Origin: an uncultured Candidatus Saccharibacteria bacterium
GTDB lineage: Bacteria; Patescibacteriota; Minisyncoccia; Phycocordibacterales; Phycocordibacteraceae
Direction of reading: 5' to 3'
NCBI GenBank assembly: GCA_964357395.1
Contig: CAYHLC010000004.1
Coordinates: forward strand, 920-64,919
DNA: 64,000 nucleotides
In this document: piece after piece, positions 10,047 to 17,911 of the stretch
Layout of the letters: each line of letters opens with the position of its first letter
How positions within the stretch are numbered: the first letter of the stretch is position 1
Notes under the pieces: generated by a model
Databases searched by the model: none
The model's input: the letters and a program-made list of their open reading frames with translations, nothing else
Told to the model about the DNA's origin: nothing
Made by a program: the position numbers and the translations under genes

Positions 10047-11231
10047 CTAGGGGTTAGCCACTAGGGCGGAGGCGACCTTGTCGAGCGCCACCTTTTCCTC
10101 CGTACCTGTGGTGAGGTTGCGGATGGTGATCTCGTGGCTGCGCTCCTCATCCTCGCCGTATGCAGCGAAGTAGGGGATGCCGAGCTTCGCTGCGTTCTTG
10201 ATATGGTCACCGATCTTATCGTGCTTCATACCAATTGCAACATTAATCCCCTGCTTTCGCAGGCTGTCAGCTGTCTGCTGTAGGCTGTCGGCTCTTCCTA
10301 CAGGGGCAAGGTACAGCTGTACGGAGCTCGCAAGTTTGGGGAGTAGGTTGTGTGTCTCGAGGAAGTCGCGCGCGATAACATCGCCCATAGCAAAGCCGAC
10401 AGCGGCGACGGGCTCCGACCCGTACTTCTCTACGAGGGTGTCGTAGCGCCCACCACCAAACATGGCGCGCTTGTTTTCTGGGTTAGTATCGAAGACCTCA
10501 AACACGAGTCCGGTGTAGTAGTCGAAGCCGCGTGCGATCGATGTATCGATAACGGCGTTGTTGATGCCGCGGGCAACCAGTGCGTTTTGCAATTGCTCAA
10601 AGTAGGGGAACTCGCCTCTGTTCGAGAGTGCCGACTGCACATCTACCGGCAGCTCCTTGCCTGCGTCGAGGAGGCGAGTGAGCTGCATACGCTCCTCCTT
10701 CGGGATACCAGCAGACTCGTATGCAAAGTCGAGGAACTCGCGGTTAGCAATCTTGATGATGAAGTTGGAGTGGTGCGCGCCAAGCTCCTCCATAACACGA
10801 TAGGCAGTGGCGAGGATCTCGACGTCTGCCTCGATGCCCTGAACACCGAAGAGGTCTGCATTCAGCTGCCAGAACTCGCGTAGCCGGCCTCGCTGCGGGC
10901 GCTCGTAGCGGAAGAAGTTCTGAATACAGTAAAGGCGGAGCGGGTACCCAAGCTCGCGTTTGCGGGCCGCTACCATACGGGCGACTGTCGGGGTCATCTC
11001 GGGCCGTAGTGTGACTGACCGATCCCCACGATCAGTGAAGGTGTACGTCTGATCATTAATGATCTCCTCGCTCGACTTGGAGCGATAGAGCTCTGTTGGC
11101 TCGAGGATAGAGGCGTTGTACTCCTCATATCCATACGACTCGACTGCGCGGCGCATCGCGTTGAATATGTACGTTTGTACGCGCTGATCTTCTGGGTAGA
11201 AGTCGCGGACTCCTTTGTATGGGTCAGTCAT
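10047..11231 (-). CDS. hisS: Histidine--tRNA ligase
   Basis: LRPEMTP, FRYERPQRGRLREFWQ, RGFDYYTG, GGGRYD. Confidence 0.97.
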   Translation of the reverse strand: MTDPYKGVRDFYPEDQRVQTYIFNAMRRAVESYGYEEYNASILEPTELYRSKSSEEIINDQTYTFTDRGDRSVTLRPEMTPTVARMVAARKRELGYPLRLYCIQNFFRYERPQRGRLREFWQLNADLFGVQGIEADVEILATAYRVMEELGAHHSNFIIKIANREFLDFAYESAGIPKEERMQLTRLLDAGKELPVDVQSALSNRGEFPYFEQLQNALVARGINNAVIDTSIARGFDYYTGLVFEVFDTNPENKRAMFGGGRYDTLVEKYGSEPVAAVGFAMGDVIARDFLETHNLLPKLASSVQLYLAPVGRADSLQQTADSLRKQGINVAIGMKHDKIGDHIKNAAKLGIPYFAAYGEDEERSHEITIRNLTTGTEEKVALDKVASALVANP

Positions 11232-11794
11232 TAGTGTGCGGGGGCGCCTTGGCTACGCCTCAGTTCCAGTAGCTTTTCCTGCGCATCGCGGAGTATCCGC
11301 TCGATACCTGCAGGATTTGCTGCATCGTCGAAGTCGAACTCGTTCTTGGCGCCTGCCGTCTGGACATTAAAGTGGCCAAAGTTGAGGAGGTTACCAATAA
11401 CGCCATGCAATTCGTAGTCGGCGTCCTGGATATGGTCGAGGTTGAGTATCGAGGCGACGTTACGCTTGAAGAGACCTTGCTGGTCGATGTCAATGATACG
11501 CCAGTTGGTAATGATCCAGATATCGAAGTAGAAGTCGGTCCAGCGGACAAAGAGCAACTGCCAGCAGATCAGTGCCCACAAAGAGCCAAGGAAGCCGGTG
11601 ATGGCACCAATCTGTGCCACGTTGCTGCCTGCGGGAACTACGGAGGCGATGACGGGGAGTGCGATAAATGGAATGAGGAACAGTATGACGACGCCTACCA
11701 CCTCCTTCAAGAGGACGAACCAGTGGTGTCGCACTATGGTCACGACATGCTCATCGCTACGGAAGTCGGAGAGTGCGAGCTTCGAGAAGTCCAT
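11231..11794 (-). CDS. Bacterial PH-domain membrane protein
   Basis: Two TMs followed by WIITNWRIIDIDQQGLF...NFG..VQTAG; start uncertain (11794 or 11812). Confidence 0.75.
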   Translation of the reverse strand: MDFSKLALSDFRSDEHVVTIVRHHWFVLLKEVVGVVILFLIPFIALPVIASVVPAGSNVAQIGAITGFLGSLWALICWQLLFVRWTDFYFDIWIITNWRIIDIDQQGLFKRNVASILNLDHIQDADYELHGVIGNLLNFGHFNVQTAGAKNEFDFDDAANPAGIERILRDAQEKLLELRRSQGAPAH

Positions 11795-11795
11795 A

Positions 11796-11981
11796 CTATA
11801 CGATAGCCGCAAACGCAGCGAGCGTCAGCGAAAAGAGGATAAACGTGCCGATACCCCAGACCGGGAGCGCAACAAACACTAATGGGTACAGGAACCCGAA
11901 GCGGATCCAGTGGTAGAGGAGTGCGAGTCCGTATCCAAGAACAATAAGGATGCCAACGCCCAAAATCAGGGTCCAAATCAT
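11796..11981 (-). CDS. Small membrane protein
   Basis: Hydrophobic 61 aa ORF with YHWIRFG; overlaps the prmC stop. Confidence 0.65.
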   Translation of the reverse strand: MIWTLILGVGILIVLGYGLALLYHWIRFGFLYPLVFVALPVWGIGTFILFSLTLAAFAAIV

Positions 11982-12667
11982 GCCATTAGTATAACAGAAT
12001 ACCTAACGACGCCGTACTGGTCTTTGTGTGTGGCGACCGCGAGTCCGAGCCGCGCACACTCCACATGGATCCGCGCCTCGTGCTCGGGCTCGTGCTCGAT
12101 CCACAACTGTCCACTTGTGGTGAGCCTCTCCAGCGCACCTTGGATGGTGCGCCGGACGAGGTCGAATCCATCGTCTGCTGCGAGGAGTGCCTCCTTGGGC
12201 TCGTAGGCGAGGACCGAGTCCTCAATGCGAGCCATTCGCGACTCGGCGAGGTAGGGCGGGTTAGCAAGGATGTAGTCGTACTTGCCGCTGATAGCACTAA
12301 AGACGTCGGTCTGCAGCACGCGGGAACGTGCCAGGTCTACGCCATTCATCAGCACGTTCTTCTGAATAGTAGGGAGGTGGCGCGCCTCCAGCTCACCAAA
12401 GTCGATCGTTGCGCCTGCTACACGCTTCAGTACTGCTACGCCAATGCACCCCGATCCTGCAAATAGGTCCAGGACTTTGATGCTGCTGTCAGCTGTCAAC
12501 TGTAAACTGTCAACTAGTTTTTCAGTCCACCACTCTGTTTCGGTGCGAGGGATCAGCGGGCGCGAGTCGAGGTAGATGGTGCAGCCAAGGAACTCCGTGT
12601 TTCCCTCGGAGTACGCCTCTGGTAGAGAAGGATCACTGGACTTGGAGTTCGAGGCCGGGGATGTCAT
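11978..12667 (-). CDS. prmC: Release factor glutamine methyltransferase (short form)
   Basis: LIPRTETE, LDLFAGSGCI, ANPPY. Confidence 0.9.
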   Translation of the reverse strand: MTSPASNSKSSDPSLPEAYSEGNTEFLGCTIYLDSRPLIPRTETEWWTEKLVDSLQLTADSSIKVLDLFAGSGCIGVAVLKRVAGATIDFGELEARHLPTIQKNVLMNGVDLARSRVLQTDVFSAISGKYDYILANPPYLAESRMARIEDSVLAYEPKEALLAADDGFDLVRRTIQGALERLTTSGQLWIEHEPEHEARIHVECARLGLAVATHKDQYGVVRYSVILMA

Positions 12668-12908
12668 TTTCGATTACCTCCCACCCCTCTGGCACATCGC
12701 ATGGGGTAGGGAACTCGCGGATCTCGCCTGTATCGGGATTGACTGCAGGAGTGATGACTTGTGCACAGATAGTAGTCTCCTCATTCTCGGTCGGTGTTTC
12801 GGTGTTCGTTTCTGCGACGGGAGCCTGTGTTAGAGATGGCCAGAACAGGTAGACCAAAAGGGCCACGACGAGTATAGCCAAGACGACGATAATCGTGTTC
12901 TTATGCAT
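12633..12908 (-). CDS. Small membrane-anchored protein with Cys-pair domain
   Basis: N-terminal TM; CAQVITPAVNP...FPTPCDVPEGW. Confidence 0.75.
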   Translation of the reverse strand: MHKNTIIVVLAILVVALLVYLFWPSLTQAPVAETNTETPTENEETTICAQVITPAVNPDTGEIREFPTPCDVPEGWEVIENDIPGLELQVQ

Positions 12909-12924
12909 ATGCTAGTATTGTAGC

Positions 12925-13395
12925 ATGTTAGCGAAAATCGATTTTTGGCACATCGGATTTACCATTTTCTTTCTTGTTTTACTCTGGATCTGCTACGGAC
13001 TGGTCCATAGTGCTGGCGCTACCATGTGGCGCACTTCGCAGTGGGAGTTCTTCCTCCTTTCGCTCGCCGCATTCAGACTGACCCGCTTTGTGGTGTATGA
13101 CTCAATAACGAAGTGGTTTCGCGATTTGTTTGAGGGCGCGGCACCACACACCTTCCGCGGGACGGTGGACACGCTCGTTAACTGCGCATGGTGCACGGGG
13201 CTGTGGGCAGCGCTCGTTGTGACCGTCGCCTACTTCGCCTGGGAGCCAGGTTGGTACGTCATACTTATCCTCGCCCTCGGTGGCGCCGCATCCTTCTTCC
13301 AAATTGTTGCAAACCTCGTTGGCTGGCATGCCGAGTTTAAGAAGCGTGCCACTGTTGGTACCGGGGAGACGAACTACGGCTCTAAGTGCGGCTAG
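12925..13395 (+). CDS. DUF1360-family membrane protein
   Basis: LA.FRLTRFVVYDSIT.WFR and L..C.WC.G.W. Confidence 0.8.
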   Translation: MLAKIDFWHIGFTIFFLVLLWICYGLVHSAGATMWRTSQWEFFLLSLAAFRLTRFVVYDSITKWFRDLFEGAAPHTFRGTVDTLVNCAWCTGLWAALVVTVAYFAWEPGWYVILILALGGAASFFQIVANLVGWHAEFKKRATVGTGETNYGSKCG

Positions 13396-13398
13396 CAC

Positions 13399-14058
13399 AT
13401 GGGCCCAACGTATTGCGAGACACCACTCCTCCTCACTGGATTTCCGGTAGAGCCGATCAATACGATCAGTAACCTGATAATCATTGCATTTGGCATTGTT
13501 GCGCTATGGCTCGTCTACCGCAGGGCGGGAAAGGAGTTCGACCTCTGGGCCGTAGCAGTATTCCTCACTGTAACTGGCGTGGGCTCGCTGCTGTGGCACG
13601 GATTCCGTACCTCGCTGTTCCTCACGCTGGACTACACCCCTGGTATGCTCGCACTCCTCGCGATATTGCTTGCGTGGGCGCGCAGACTCTTCGGCTCATG
13701 GTGGGCAGCGCTCCTCTCTGTTGTCGTATTCCTCTGTGTGGTGAGCGCGGGCTCAGCACTTGTGGGCCTCTTGGGCGACTTCCGATTCTTCTTCGCTGGG
13801 CCACTAGTCGCAGTGCTCGGTATTGGTGGTTACTTTGTCTACCGCTCGTACCGCTTGTGGGGCCGCGTTGCGCTAGTGCCACTCCTCGGTATGGGGTCGG
13901 CACTCCTCGCGCTCATGTTCCGCACTATCGATTCGCAGATGTGCGCGTATATCCCATTCGGAACACATTTTCTTTGGCATACATTCCTTTCCTTAGGCGC
14001 GTTCCTCTGCTTCTACTTCCTCCTCAAGATTTCTGAGCGATCGCGTGGTGGGGAGTAG
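13399..14058 (+). CDS. Ceramidase-like (CREST) membrane hydrolase
   Basis: YCE, EPINTISN, GS.LWH, GTHFLWH. Confidence 0.8.
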   Translation: MGPTYCETPLLLTGFPVEPINTISNLIIIAFGIVALWLVYRRAGKEFDLWAVAVFLTVTGVGSLLWHGFRTSLFLTLDYTPGMLALLAILLAWARRLFGSWWAALLSVVVFLCVVSAGSALVGLLGDFRFFFAGPLVAVLGIGGYFVYRSYRLWGRVALVPLLGMGSALLALMFRTIDSQMCAYIPFGTHFLWHTFLSLGAFLCFYFLLKISERSRGGE

Positions 14059-14248
14059 GGGAGAAGGCGAAGTCGAACTGACCTGTCTTTACTCCTGCGA
14101 TGAATGCCACCCACTCTGCAGCAGTGGCCCTCAGCACGACGTCGCGGTCGCCAGTGAGGCGAATGTGTACAAAGTCGCCGTCCTGCTGTACCTCAATACA
14201 GCCGGCGATAGCGCAGGCGTTTGATACGATCCATGGCTTGGTGTTCAT
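14024..14248 (-). CDS. DUF397-family protein
   Basis: W..S..C....CIEV......V.IR......L.....EW.AF..GVK.GQFD. Confidence 0.8.
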   Translation of the reverse strand: MNTKPWIVSNACAIAGCIEVQQDGDFVHIRLTGDRDVVLRATAAEWVAFIAGVKTGQFDFAFSPTPHHAIAQKS

Positions 14249-14408
14249 AGATGTTGTTTAGCTACTCTATTAATACTCATAGTCTGAGCGAAGTGACGAT
14301 CGTAAGCTGCGTTTTCGGCCTATTTCCGAGTCAACCCCTAACCAAGCCCTATTTATAAAAAGTTTGACAAGAATCTTGTCATCTATATACTAAGAAAAGA
14401 AAAAGAAT

Positions 14409-15209
14409 ATGAGGGGCGGGACGCAGTCGGTGCTGAAGCTGACGGATAATGAACGCGCGGTCTACACTGCGCTTCGGCGCTACAGGCGCAGCGAGTCTGT
14501 AACGCATATTGCTATGTCGTCGGATTTGCCACGCACCACCACGGCCTTTACGCTGTGGTCCTTGGCCAGCCGCGGCCTTGCCGAGCGGACCAAAGTTAAT
14601 CAGCACTGGGAGTGGCAGCGGACCCGTGCCGAGCGCGTCACGGATGCTATTACCACTGCCGAGGAGGACCTCGCTGGGACTGCAGAGTCTGGTCACTCGG
14701 CGCTAAGCGTCACTACCTACCGCGGCATCAAGAATATTGCCGAGGTTATCAAAACCATTTCCTCCCTCAGTAAGGGCGAGCGTGTCTATGGTATCCAAGG
14801 CAACCTCTCCGCCGAGCGCGGATTAAAGAAGTTAGGCAAGGAGTATCTAGCCGAGTTACACCGCCAACTCCGCGACCGCCAGGTCGTTATTAACGGCATC
14901 GTCGGCAAGAGCGCGCTTAGGTTCGTCAAGAATATGACTACTGATGAGCTGCGCTCCCACCTCAACCGTCTCGTGGTCGCCCATGTCGTACCGGACGAGT
15001 ACCTCAACTTTGACTGCGATCTCTACGTTATGCGCGACACGGTCGTCCGTGTTCAGTACGGATCGCTTTTTGCTGAGGTGGTCAAGGACCCTGACTTCGC
15101 AGCCTCACTTAAGGGCCTCATTGCCTTTGTCGAGGCGCATGCGGAAAAAGTGGATCTGAATGCGGAAATAAAATCAGAGCTTAGGCGCCGCGGCGCTTTG
15201 GTTTCATAA
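14409..15209 (+). CDS. TrmB-like HTH transcriptional regulator
   Basis: LTDNE.AVY.AL, IA....LPRTT....L..L..RGL winged-HTH; C-terminal effector-like domain. Confidence 0.8.
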   Translation: MRGGTQSVLKLTDNERAVYTALRRYRRSESVTHIAMSSDLPRTTTAFTLWSLASRGLAERTKVNQHWEWQRTRAERVTDAITTAEEDLAGTAESGHSALSVTTYRGIKNIAEVIKTISSLSKGERVYGIQGNLSAERGLKKLGKEYLAELHRQLRDRQVVINGIVGKSALRFVKNMTTDELRSHLNRLVVAHVVPDEYLNFDCDLYVMRDTVVRVQYGSLFAEVVKDPDFAASLKGLIAFVEAHAEKVDLNAEIKSELRRRGALVS

Positions 15210-15927
15210 GTTTCCTAACGAGTTCCAGCTCCTCTTCAGTGTTGACCTCCTCGAAGTAGTAATTACCGACGCCGACCTCTATTCCGTAGCCGTTTTCTAA
15301 GACGCGAAGCTGCTCTAGGAGCTCGGTCTTCTCAAGTGGAGTCTGCTTCAGCTTGACGTACTTTTGCAAAAAGTCTGCGCGATAGGCGTAGATACCAAAG
15401 TGCCACAAAACCTTGACCCCCGCATCTTCGCGTGGGTACGGAATGAGCGAGCGCGAAAAGTAAATTGCCTTCCCATGTAGGTCCCTAATAACTTTGACCA
15501 TGCCAGGATTTGTAAAGCCATGCTCCTTCATAGGGGTCGCGATTGTGGACATGAGGGCCTTCTTATCCTTAAGGAGGAGGCGGATAGTGTGGTCGATCGC
15601 GGCAGGCGGGATCATTGGCTGGTCGCCCTGGATGTTAACAACGATGTCGGGGCGGAACCCCCTAAACATCTTTGCTGCCGCTGCAACGCGGTCCGAGCCA
15701 GTGTTGATTTTGGAAGAGGTCATCATGACGTCAGCCCCATACGGCAATAGTGCGTCGCGGATCTCCTTGGAGTCGGTAGCAACGATGACATGGTCGACGA
15801 GCTTGGCGCGCTTGGCACCGGTCCAGGTGTGCCACACCAGCGGCTTGCCGTGGATATCCGCGAGCATCTTTCGATTTAGTCGAGTGGAGCCTAATCGGGC
15901 AGGGACAACACCAAGGACTTTAGTCAT
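15181..15927 (-). CDS. kdsB: 3-deoxy-manno-octulosonate cytidylyltransferase
   Basis: PARLGSTRL..K.LADI.GKP, TGSDR, NIQGDQP, YFSRS.IPY.R, LE..E.LEQLR.LENG. Confidence 0.92.
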   Translation of the reverse strand: MTKVLGVVPARLGSTRLNRKMLADIHGKPLVWHTWTGAKRAKLVDHVIVATDSKEIRDALLPYGADVMMTSSKINTGSDRVAAAAKMFRGFRPDIVVNIQGDQPMIPPAAIDHTIRLLLKDKKALMSTIATPMKEHGFTNPGMVKVIRDLHGKAIYFSRSLIPYPREDAGVKVLWHFGIYAYRADFLQKYVKLKQTPLEKTELLEQLRVLENGYGIEVGVGNYYFEEVNTEEELELVRKLMKPKRRGA

Positions 15928-15989
15928 AGGGGAACTCTAGCATGGGCTCACAGCCGCTTCATGGCTGCGGCGTTACTGTTATCTATCCA

Positions 15990-16142
15990 ATGCTTGTAAC
16001 AATAGCAGCGGTCCTCCTAGTGTTGTGGCTTTTGGGTGTAATCGGGGTGTACACCATAGGATGGTTTGTGCACATCCTTTTGGTAATAGCTCTTATTATG
16101 TTCCTTATCCGCATCATCCAGGGCGAGAATCCCCTTAAATAG
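15990..16142 (+). CDS. Lmo0937/DUF5670-family small membrane protein
   Basis: ML.TIA.VL.VLWLLG....YTIG.F.HILLVIA. Confidence 0.85.
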   Translation: MLVTIAAVLLVLWLLGVIGVYTIGWFVHILLVIALIMFLIRIIQGENPLK

Positions 16143-16144
16143 AG

Positions 16145-16178
16145 AAAACCGCAGGGAAAGCCCCCTGCGGTTTTTTTT
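16145..16178. terminator. Intrinsic terminator
   Basis: AAAACCGCAGGG...CCCTGCGGTTTTTTTT between convergent genes. Confidence 0.85.
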
Positions 16179-16187
16179 GATCAGCTG

Positions 16188-16520
16188 CTAGATGGTCGCA
16201 GGCTTGGTTCCCAAAGTCATGTTATCTGCAGTTTGCTCGGCTCCTTCCGAGTAGGCTCGCTTTCGAGCCGTGCGGATACCATATCCGACAGCTGCTCCAA
16301 CGAGAGTTAAGATACCCACCTTCGCAAAGCTCTCTAGGTCGAACGGGTTTTCATCAAGCATCGACTCGACTGCTAGCATTCCACCCGCCCCAGCGAGAGC
16401 CCCCAATAGGGCGTGCTTTCCTGCGCCTCCTGCGTAACTTGTGCTGCCTTCGTCCGCCTCAAATTTAGAGCGGTTATAAGCATCAAACCAATCCTCACCA
16501 TAATTCATGCCTCGAGCCAT
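16188..16520 (-). CDS. Small Gly-rich two-TM membrane protein
   Basis: Two Gly/Ala-rich hydrophobic helices; TTGACA-17-TATTGT upstream. Confidence 0.7.
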   Translation of the reverse strand: MARGMNYGEDWFDAYNRSKFEADEGSTSYAGGAGKHALLGALAGAGGMLAVESMLDENPFDLESFAKVGILTLVGAAVGYGIRTARKRAYSEGAEQTADNMTLGTKPATI

Positions 16521-16640
16521 GTATGTAAAGATATGTTAATGACCAGACAATAATACAAACAGGCGATTATGTCAATACGCGAAAGCGTAACCTTGACGAC
16601 GCTAGGGAAGTATGTCAAATGTACTAGCTATTTTTCTATT

Positions 16641-17009
16641 ATGTCTGAAGCAAAAGGAACCACAAAGGGCGAGTCAGGCGTATACGCATACAGCCGCTCG
16701 CTGGACTATATAGCAGCAAACGCAGCTAAGCTCGGAAAGCGGGTTGGGCCACCGCTCGTCTTCGGCATCTTGCTCGGAGGGGTGGCAGGCATTGCGCAGT
16801 CGCATCAAGAGATCGCCAATGGTCAACTCCCAAACTTTGAGGTCGATGAGATCATTGTCACTGTACTTGCGGTTATGCTCGGTGGGCTTGTTGGTGCACT
16901 CGTGAATAATCGGACCGCCTCCTTTTATGGCCAAGCTGGCACTGATGCTGCTCAGTCTGGTCACTATGGCTACGATCGAGATGTAAACACCGGGGTCGGT
17001 GTGAAATAG
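16641..17009 (+). CDS. Small Gly-rich two-TM membrane protein
   Basis: GILLGGVAG and MLGGLVGALV glycine-zipper helices; followed by a terminator. Confidence 0.7.
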   Translation: MSEAKGTTKGESGVYAYSRSLDYIAANAAKLGKRVGPPLVFGILLGGVAGIAQSHQEIANGQLPNFEVDEIIVTVLAVMLGGLVGALVNNRTASFYGQAGTDAAQSGHYGYDRDVNTGVGVK

Positions 17010-17024
17010 GATGTCATGAAAGCA

Positions 17025-17053
17025 AAAAATCCCGGTCGGAAGCCGGGATTTTT
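17025..17053. terminator. Intrinsic terminator
   Basis: AAAAATCCCGG-7nt-CCGGGATTTTT. Confidence 0.8.
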
Positions 17054-17154
17054 GTTTACGAGTGATTCTACTTACTTCCAAGCGAGAGAGGGAAATGGAA
17101 GCTTGCTTACATTTCCGAACGAGCGCCGGAAGCAAAAATTCGCTTCGCGAATTT

Positions 17155-17493
17155 TTACCAGGACTGACGGCGCTCGCCGCCGCCAAATCCACCGCCTCCG
17201 CGACCGCCACCGAAGCCACCTCCGCGACCTCCGCCGCCACCGTTCTCCGGTGGGCGAGCGACCGAAACGCGGACCATGCGGCCGTCAACTTCCTGACCAT
17301 CAAGGCCCTTAACGACTGCATCTGCTTCCTCGTCAGTCGACATTTCGACGAAACCGAATCCGCGTGAGCGGCCGGTCTCGCGGTCCATGATGACCTTAGC
17401 TGAGCTAACTGTGCCGTGACCGGCAACTGCAGCGTTTAATGTGTCGTCAGTCGTGTTGTACGACAGACCACCGAAATAGAGTTTCTTTGCCAC
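17155..17493 (-). CDS. Glycine-rich RRM RNA-binding protein
   Basis: KKLYFGGLSY (RNP2), RSRGFGFVEM (RNP1), RGG tail; GTG start at 17493. Confidence 0.93.
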   Translation of the reverse strand: MAKKLYFGGLSYNTTDDTLNAAVAGHGTVSSAKVIMDRETGRSRGFGFVEMSTDEEADAVVKGLDGQEVDGRMVRVSVARPPENGGGGGRGGGFGGGRGGGGFGGGERRQSW

Positions 17494-17911
17494 TGTACTT
17501 TTATTACTTTTACTATGCGAGCTCGACACGTTTGTTACTTTCCTTGTCAGATACCCTCCGTAGGCACCTCGTGGGGAGAAGATAGAACCATCTCGTACTC
17601 GTGCCGCAAGTATAGCACAGGGCATCTGTCAAACCTAGCTATCAACAGTTTATACACATATGTCAATAAACTTTAGGCTGGGAAGCGATAAAGGACACAT
17701 GTCCTATATAGATGTCTGAGAGGGGAGTCAGAAACCAAGGCACCCTATGTCATAAAGGACATACTAGGCGAAAACTTGACAGATTAACTTAGTAATGTTG
17801 TATTATGACCCAATCCAGCTACTTTACAAGTGACAACTATCGTGATAGCGTACGCGAGTCAAGGTCATTGATTATTTATATTATAAAAAGCACTAGCTCT
17901 ATTTAGTTAAT

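Noticed and set aside
16674-17426. 250-aa minus-strand ORF and other long shadow ORFs
   Set aside because: They overlap well-supported genes, cross terminators and have no recognisable motifs
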